Positions 18,707 to 27,000 of a stretch of DNA of 38,577 bases are shown piece by piece. This DNA comes from Nitrospiraceae bacterium (lineage in GTDB: Bacteria > Nitrospirota > Nitrospiria > Nitrospirales > Nitrospiraceae): the NCBI GenBank assembly GCA_035253365.1, contig DATFCE010000313.1:1-38577 (forward strand), written 5' to 3'. The notes beneath the pieces are model-generated. The model was not told the DNA's origin and ran no database searches. It saw nothing but the letters and a program-made list of their open reading frames with translations. Both the position numbers and the translations under genes were made by a program. The stretch's first letter is position 1, and each line of letters begins with the position of its first letter.

Positions 18707-18918
18707 AGCCTAACCCTAGAGCGGACGCCTTCCCGCAAGTCCTTATATCCATCAGGAAAGGGCCTCTTTCGGCTAAAGACCTGACTTACCTGATCTAGAA
18801 TTCCGGCTTTGATACTGTGACGACCGGCTATACGACGAGTCTTTCCTTGAAAAATTTGAAACTGCGGAGGGAAGCATGGTATGTGCTCGTAGGATATACA
18901 GTCAACGCCGGCCGGATA

Positions 18919-19737
18919 ATGGAGCCTAAACAATTGTGGAACAACCCATGCAGGTTGAGTCCGGCGGAGATCCATGTCTGGTGCAGTCCGCTCGATGCGC
19001 CATACACATGCATTCAGAAGATTTACAACACACTTTCCGATCTCGAAAAGCAACGAGCCGGAGCGCTCCGCTTGCCCGAGCACCGGAGGTCGTTCATTGC
19101 GGCGCACGGGCTGCTGCGAACCATCCTGGCCTTGTATCATCCCACGGATGCCGAGCGAATCGAGTTGGCATACGGACCGAACGGTAAGCCGCGGCTGGCG
19201 CCTGAGGGGCGTGTGAAGTTCAATCTTTCGCATTGCGAGGATTTGGCGCTCGTTGCCGTCAATCTGGACCGCGAGCTAGGAATAGATCTGGAGCGCATCC
19301 GTCCGATAGCCGACTTGGAGAATATCGCGAGAACCTTCTTTTCTCCGGGGGAATGTCGGGACCTGTTCTCCCTTGGTTTCGAGCAGCGCACCGCCGCGTT
19401 TTTCACGTGTTGGACCCGCAAAGAAGCGTACGTGAAAGCTACCGGAGCGGGACTCTCGTGTCCATTGGACAGTTTCCGTGTCACCGTGGTACCAGGGGAA
19501 AACCCGGGCTTTATCGGCATCGACGGATCCCCCTCGGAGGCAGTAAATTTCACGCTACACGATGTCCGACCATCCGCGTTTCATGCCGCAGCCTTGGCCG
19601 TCGAGCGCCGGAACTATGACAACACCAGCATCGTCTACCGAAAATTCGCGAGCATGATGGATTGCCTCGATCACATATCTCGCTGCACCGGCAGCAATGT
19701 GCTCAGTGAATCCTCCATACCTAATCGTCATTTTTGA
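18919..19737 (+). CDS. Sfp-type 4'-phosphopantetheinyl transferase
   Basis: Motifs GPNGKPRL, FNLSHCEDLALVAV, GIDLERI and WTRKEAYVKATG. ATG 18919 gives the usual short N-terminus before EIHVW (the track GTG is at 18817). Convergent with the end of the NRPS/PKS operon. Confidence 0.85.
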   Translation: MEPKQLWNNPCRLSPAEIHVWCSPLDAPYTCIQKIYNTLSDLEKQRAGALRLPEHRRSFIAAHGLLRTILALYHPTDAERIELAYGPNGKPRLAPEGRVKFNLSHCEDLALVAVNLDRELGIDLERIRPIADLENIARTFFSPGECRDLFSLGFEQRTAAFFTCWTRKEAYVKATGAGLSCPLDSFRVTVVPGENPGFIGIDGSPSEAVNFTLHDVRPSAFHAAALAVERRNYDNTSIVYRKFASMMDCLDHISRCTGSNVLSESSIPNRHF

Positions 19738-19832
19738 AGGATCGATCGCACCAGTGTGGCTGGGACATCGATGGTAGGCACCGGATGATTGGAAGGGGCG
19801 CTGCCTCCGATGTCTTTGAACTTCGCGGGCAG

Positions 19833-20378
19833 TTAGGACACAGCGGTGATTGAGAGCGCCTGCGCCATGCCGGCCACTGTCGGATTCTCGAAGAGCAGCC
19901 GGAGTGGGATATCGCGATTCCATTCCCGCCGCATGGCCCAAACCAGCTTAGTTGCAAGCAGTGAATGCCCACCAAGGTCGGCGAAGAAGTCGTCGAATAC
20001 GCCCACCGGTTGGTGATTGAGCACCTGCTCGAACAGACCGACCAGCCGGCGCTCGAGCTCGTTTCGCGGCGCGATCTTCTTAGGCGGATCCGCGCCGGCC
20101 GCCTTCAGCATGCTCAGCTTCGGTCTGTCCAGCTTACCGCCGGACGTTCGCGGCAACTGCGGCACTTTTACGATTTGCGACGGCACCATATACGCCGGCA
20201 GCCGGTAGTTGAGAAAAAGCTGCAAATCTTGTGGGTCCACGGAAGTTCCCGCTTTTTCCACCACGAACGCCACCAAGTGCTCCTGGGGAGTGTCCTGAGC
20301 GGCGCGCTTCTCGGCCCACGATCGCCATAATGCTTGGTGCGCCGGCGACATGCTCAGAATTTCGTCTGCGTTGCTCAT
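19833..20378 (-). CDS. stand-alone A-domain C-terminal fragment (A9-A10) fused to a PCP
   Basis: 181 aa. LVAFVV, A9 LPAYMVP, A10 SGGKLDR, then the carrier motif FFADLGGHSLLATKL. Its ATG overlaps the upstream TGA (ATGA). No domain follows the PCP. Confidence 0.85.
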   Translation of the reverse strand: MSNADEILSMSPAHQALWRSWAEKRAAQDTPQEHLVAFVVEKAGTSVDPQDLQLFLNYRLPAYMVPSQIVKVPQLPRTSGGKLDRPKLSMLKAAGADPPKKIAPRNELERRLVGLFEQVLNHQPVGVFDDFFADLGGHSLLATKLVWAMRREWNRDIPLRLLFENPTVAGMAQALSITAVS

Positions 20379-23300
20379 TTAACGGCCCTCACGACCGCCA
20401 TCGAATCGGCCCACCAATACTGACAGCCTGGAGGCGGGTTCAATCCACGCACTAACGAAACGGAGAAGCTTTGGAAATGCCGCAGCAACAGTCGTTGATG
20501 CTCACGCCCCAAAGAATCGATCTCGTTCGAATAATACGTAAAGATGCCGCCCGGCCGCAGTAGCTCCGCCGCACGCGGGAAGAAACCCGCAGCGAACGTC
20601 GGACTCTCCAATACCTCACGCGAGTACTCTTCTTCGCTGGTGGGATACGTATCGAAGAGAATGGCATCGAAGATCGATTCCGGCCCTTTCCAATCCTGCC
20701 AGCGAGAACCGACCACACGAATGTCGGCGTCCGGATAGCGCCCGGCCCACACTTTCAGCCGTTCCGCCACGTCATCGTTGCACTCGAGAATCGTATGCGA
20801 CCGGAGCCCCCGTTCTTGCAGAAAGGTCGCCGCAATTCCCATCCCGAACCCCACCTCGAGCACATCCCCGTGAGAGGCCGCCGCCACATCGGCCAGCGCG
20901 GCCATAAGCGGCCGTTCCCACGCTTGCATAACTTGTTGGCCGTCGATGACTAACTCGTCAGATGACAATTGTACCGGCTCCGTCTTCCACGCAGATCCTA
21001 TTTCCGGTCGCTCTCCCCCGCGCACCAACCTCCGTGATATCCGATCCAGAGCATGCAGATCGCATCCCAATTCATTCAGCGCCCGCCGGAGCAGCCAGTG
21101 ACGCTGGGTCTCCTGCGGCGTCGCCATAAAGTGGTCATCCGGCATGTGCAAATACAATTCAAACTGCGATGACTTCAGCCACATCGTCCGGCCTCCTACT
21201 TTCCCGTCCTGTGACTCAAGACGAAGTAAAAACTCCGCTTCCGGCACGGACATTCGGCGGAGCATGGTCAGCAGCCGGTGTTCTTCGGCGAGTCCTAGCC
21301 CGGCGACCGGAACAATGGCCACACCGGCGTCCTCGATCACCGCATGCGTGCGAAGGGCATTTTCAATTTCTTCGAGCTCGATTCGAAACCCACGCAGCTT
21401 CACTTGATGATCGGACCTCCCCAGAAATTCAAGCATGCCGTCTTCGCGGAACCGCGCGCGATCGCCGGTCATGTAGAGGCGCTCGCCCTGCCGGAACGGA
21501 TGAGCCACGAATCGCGCCGCCGTCGCCGCGTCATCCTTCAGGTAGCCGCGCGCCAACCCGGCGCCGCCGAGATACAAGTCGCCTTGCATGCCAATCGGCA
21601 CGGGCTCATGTGTGCGACTCAACACATAGGCTTCATAGCCGGGGACCGGTCGTCCGAGCGGTGGGTCTGTCGTCAGCGTGTCCGGCGGACAGGGAGCGTA
21701 GGTGGCGGTGATGGTTGCCTCCGCGGGGCCATACGCATTGATCACCGCCAGTTGCGGAAGCAAGTCTCGACAGCGATTCACCAGTGTCGCTGTCAGGCGT
21801 TCCCCGCCGCAGATCAATCTCCGCAGGGTGACGCATTCATGAATGTCGGGATGATCGAGCATCGTCGACAGACTCGAAGGAACCATGTCCAGCGCTGTTA
21901 CGCCCTGTGTGCGAACCAATGTTATCAGTTCGTCGAGATCCCGGCCGTGGCCGGCCGTCGTGACGATGGCCGCGCCACACGCGAACGCATTTAAGACCTC
22001 GGCCAATGCCGCGTCAAAACTAAACGAGTATTTCTGCAGTACCCGGTCCTGTGGAGTTAGCGCAAGGTCGTGCTGAAACCAACCGATCTGTTGGAGCAGG
22101 GCTCGCTGCTCCAGCATCACGCCCTTGGGAGTGCCCGTAGAACCTGACGTATACATGACGGCGGCCAGCGCATTGGCGTCATGGGGTATCGGTTCGGGCT
22201 TGCGCCGCCCTGGTGAAGCGTCGCGCCACCACGTATCCGAATCACTGAGCAGAACACAGGGATTCGTATCAGCCAATAACCTGTCCAAGCGTAATTGAGG
22301 CAATTCCGGATCGAGGTACACATAGGCCGCGCCGGCCTTCCAGGATGCGACTATGGCAACGACCGTCTCCCTCGAATCGGTCAGATGAATGCCGACGATT
22401 TCTTCCGGCTTCGCGCCCCGTTGTTGCAGCGCAACCGCGAGCTGATCCGTCAACAGGTCAAGTTCGCCGTAGGTCAGTACCTGATCCGGAGAGATGATGG
22501 ATATCTCCCCCGCATACCGGATCGCCGTGTCCCGGAACCAGTCGGCGAGTGTCGCGGCCGGCCATGTCCCCGCCTGACGCGCCCCACTCCAATCTTCGAT
22601 TAACAGCGCCCTTTCGTCCGCCGTCGTCAGTGGAAGTTCATCGATGGCCGTGTCCGGATGCGCCATCACTTCTGTAAGCAACCGTTCCCAGCGAGCGAGC
22701 AGCCGCTCAATAGTCGACTCTTCAAAGAGATCACGGCTGAACTCCAACCGTGTCATCACACCTTCTGCGCTATCGAAGAGGTCCACCGCCAAATCCACGT
22801 CGGTGCTTTGCTTTTGATATCCGATGTCATCGAGTACGGCGCTCGCTCGAGCAACCGGGTGGCGCGTCTGTAACAAATGAAACGTCACCTGATACAGGGC
22901 ATTCCGTTGCAAATTGCGCTGCGGCTGAAGGTCTTCCACCAACCGCGCAAAAGGCAACTGCTGGTTCGAATAGGCGCGCACCGTGACAGCCTTCACCGCG
23001 CCGAGAATCGTTCGGAACGAATCCGCGCCGTGCACAGGAATCCGAAGCACAATTGTATTCAAGAAAAATCCGATGAGGCTCTCAAGCTCTGATTCGTCCC
23101 GCCCGGCCACCGGCGTGCCGAGGACGAGATCTTCCTGCCCCGTATACCGGTGAAGTAACGCGGCGAAGCCCGCCAGGAGCACCATATAAAGAGTAAGCCC
23201 CTCGCGTTTCGCGAAGGTCTTCAGCGAACGGGTGAGTCGTTCATTCAGCAACTGGGAACGCGTCCCCGCGGCGCCTGTAAAACGTACCGACCTCGGACGA

Positions 23301-24064
23301 TCACCCGGTAATTGCAGGGCCGTCATGCCGGCCAGGTTCTCTCGCCAATGAGCCAACAGCGGCTCGATCTTGTCGCGCGTCAATTGCTCTCTTTGCCAGC
23401 ATGCATAATCCGAATACTGGATTGCGAGCGGCGGTAACGGCGCATGAGTGCCCGCAAGGGTTGCGGCATACGCGGTGTTGACATCGCGCATCAACACATC
23501 CATGGACCAGGCATCCATGATGATGTGATGAACGGTGACCAATTGAACCAATTGATCGGGAATCCGGAGTATCGCCATGCGGAACAACGGAGCTTTTGCC
23601 AAATCGAAAGGCGTATTCGCCTGCTCCGAAGCGATGGCTCTCGCTCTATCCCAACGAGCGCAGGGCTCACAATCGCAAAGATCGATTTCTGCCCATTCAA
23701 CCTCGTACGGAGGCTCTATGGCTTGCTCCGGACCATGTTCCCCCGTGATGAACCGTGTCCGCAATATTTCGTGTCGTTGGACGACCAGCGTCCACGCCTT
23801 CTTCCAGGCTTGTAAGTCCAGAGCACCCGGTAATGACAAGTGAAAATGCAGGTGATAGGCGGAGTTATCCGGATCCATCTGATGAAGGAACCACAACCGT
23901 TCCTGGCCGAATGACAACGGCGCGCGTTGCAATCCGCGCTTCGGAATCTTCAGCGGTCCCGTTCGGTCGCGAACCATCGACTCAAGCAGTCGCAATTTGT
24001 CCGCAGACAGGCCGGCCAAACGCTTCTCCAACGGATGTCCCGCGATTTCAGAAAAACGATTCAT
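20375..24064 (-). CDS. NRPS: C domain - A domain core (A1-A8) - GAMT-like methyltransferase; lacks A9/A10 and PCP
   Basis: C: [90 protein letters not shown]. C-terminus: [25 protein letters not shown]. Confidence 0.9.
   Translation of the reverse strand: [1229 protein letters not shown]
20378..20956 (-). other. guanidinoacetate N-methyltransferase (GAMT/RMT2)-like domain at the C-terminus of the NRPS
   Basis: The last ~193 aa align with mammalian GAMT recalled from memory, right to the final residues ([20 protein letters not shown] vs [20 protein letters not shown]). SAM motif I is VLEVGFGMG. Confidence 0.75.
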
Positions 24065-27000
24065 ACTCCCCCGTCAGCAGGAGCCTCGCTCGTCCCGAGC
24101 AACGACCGTGCCTCCTCATCCGACATTTGCTCGACCTTCTCCAGCAAATCGATCATGTCCGGCGCCACCAGATCGGTATTTTTCTCTTCGAGCACTGCCG
24201 CGAGTTCACGCACGGTGGGATGGTCGAACAAGACACGGACGCCGATATTGCGACCCAACGCATCACGCAGCCGCGAGATCACTTGAATGGCGAGCAATGA
24301 ATGCCCCCCCAGCTCGAAAAAGTTGTCGTTCGCTCCGACCCGGTCAAGACCGAGCAGGTCCCGCCAGACTTCGGCCACATAGTGTTCTTTTCCTTCTGCA
24401 GGCGCTTCAAAGTCGGTGGAGACCGAAGGTCGTGGATGGCTTGGGGAAGCCGGGCTTGCGGATTTTTCCCGATGGTTCCATACGGGGCTGGCCCACTGCT
24501 CCAGCCGGCGGCCCAGCTCGGATGTCGAGACGACAACCTGGTGCACGTCGTCCGCCGCAAGAATGCGCTCGAGCGCTTCCGTTCCCTCCTCCGGCAGAAT
24601 CACCGGATCGCTCTTCGCCTGTTCCAACGCGAGAGGATCCCCGTCGGGCATCCAACCATCCCAATTGATGCTGACCCATCGCGTCTGTCCGTTGGAGCAC
24701 TGCGTCGACACGAAGGCGTCCATGTATTGATTCGCCGCCGCGTACGCTGTAAATCCCAATCCTCCCAGCACCGCCGAAAGGGAGGACAGGCAACAGATGA
24801 AGTCAGGCGAGTGTCGCCGCGCCTGCTCCGCTATAATCCTTGTACCCTCGACCTTTGATAAGAAATGCGCCGTGCAACGGCCGGTATCGAGTTCCGACAA
24901 ACTGAGAAATGCGTCGGCTCGGGTGTAGCCGGCGCCGTGAATAATGCCGTCAAATCGGTGCCGGGTGAAAACATCCGCCATCGCCGCCCGGTCACCAACG
25001 TCCGCCGCTTCAATGGTCACGGCGGCGCCATGCGTTTCGATGGCGCGGATCTTGTGGATACGCGACCGTACCGGTTCTTCAATCACATCATCCCAGACCT
25101 CGCGCGCGGGCAACCCGCTGCGGCCGACCAGTACGATGTCCTGCGCACCCCGGCGGGCCAGGAACTCCGCGAAAAGCAAGCCGATCATCCCCAGTCCGCC
25201 GGTGATCAGATACGTGCCGGGATAGCGGCGATCGGGTGGAGCCGCCAACGCGACAGGCTCATACGCCAGGCGCCATCGCTGATGTCCTCGGTAGGCCACC
25301 ATCGTCGCCGCTTCGTCTTGCGCCGCTTCATCGATGAGATGCTGAGCCGCTTCCCCCGCCGGCGCCGGCGTTCGATCCTCCATGTCGACCACACGGCAGC
25401 GGACATGCGGATACTCTTGGCCCATGGTGAGCGCGGGTGCATACGCCATCGCCTGGTTGGCGGCCACCACATCTTTCGATAGGACCTTTTGCCCGCGCAC
25501 TGTCACGAACACGGCGTTCAACGGCGACGTCTTAAGTTCACCCGCCGCGGCCTGCAGCGTACGAAGCACGGAATAGAAGGCGTCGGCTCCCTGTTCCAGA
25601 TTCCACAAATGCAAAATACGCCGCGGGGGCGGATCGCCGACCGTCAACCGCCCCATGAGATCGCGCAACGCTTGAGCATCTTCCACCGGCGCCTCAAATT
25701 CGTGCGGAGCGACTTCCTTGAAGCTGCGGCCGGAGTTCACCCTCACGACATGCTGGCCCGCCGCGCGGAGTTGCTCGCAGATCGAATCCGTCAGTTCGCC
25801 GGCGGAACCAAGCACGAACCAGCGTTCCGGTGTGTCGGGATTCAATGCCGGGACGGGTTGGTCCCGCACCCATCGCGGCGTGTAGAACCATTCGTCCAGC
25901 GGCAGTCGCCCCGACGTCAACCGGTCGGGCATGATTTCTGTTTCGGGAGGGGCATCAATCCAGTAGCGCTTGCGGTCAAACGGATACGTCGGCAGACGCA
26001 TACGAGAACGCGATTCGCTCTCATAGAACGCCGTCCAGTTGATCGGCGTGCCTTCAATCCATAACCGTCCGAGCGTTTCCAGCAAGACACGCTCATCGCA
26101 AGCACGATTGAGCGGATGTCGCGCGCTTGACAAAACCTGATGAGAAGCCCGCTTCAAAGGATGTTGCCGTACCAAGCCGGCCAATGCCGTCCCGGGCCCC
26201 ACCTCCAGCAGGATAGTGCCCGGCTCATGCAGCAAATGGGTCAGGCCATCAGCGAAACGCACGGTGCTGCGCAGATGGGCACTCCAGTACGAGGGACTCT
26301 GCGCCTGCTCGGCGGTGATCCAATTGCCCGTCACGTTCGAGAGAAACCGAATGGTCGGTGCGTTGCGTGTAACGGCGGCGATGGCCTCTTCCAACGGTCT
26401 CCGCGCATCTTCCACGAGGCGCGAATGAAACGCGTGCGAGGTGTGCAGCCGCGTGACGGACACCCCTTGTGAACGCAGCTCTTGTTCCAGCATGGCGACC
26501 CGTTCGGCAAGTCCCGAGACCACGGAAAGACTCGGCGCGTTCACCGCGGCGAGATCAAGATCCGCGTGTAGCCAGGGCTGCAATTCATCCGCCGGTTTTC
26601 CGACCGCAAGCATCGCGCCCGGAGGCATGGCGTTGACCACCCGGCCTCGAACCGCCACAATCCGCAGCGCATCCTCCAGCGAGAAGACACCCGCGAGACA
26701 CGCGGCCACATACTCGCCGATGCTGTGGCCGATCATCGACGCAGGCCGCACGCCCCAATGCATCCATAAGCGCGCGTAGGCATAGCTGATCGCAAATACC
26801 GCCGGTTGTGTCACCCAGGTCTGCTGCAGCATTTCGGTCTGGGCGGGATCGTCATCGCTCGACGAAAAGAGCAGGGATTGAAGACCACATCCGAGTTGGG
26901 GAGCCAACATCGCGCAGCACTCGTCCAAGACCCGGCGAAACACGGGCTCGTTCTCGTACACGCCACGCGCCATGTTCAGATACTGCGCGCCTTGGCCTGG

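Noticed and set aside
20330-20420. The NRPS split as a simple frameshift or pseudogene artefact.
   Set aside because: Not excluded, but disfavoured. The MT domain ends where GAMT naturally ends. The second frame has a TAA directly upstream of its ATG. The ATGA overlap is identical to the two other genuine inter-protein junctions in the operon. It still needs read-level confirmation.
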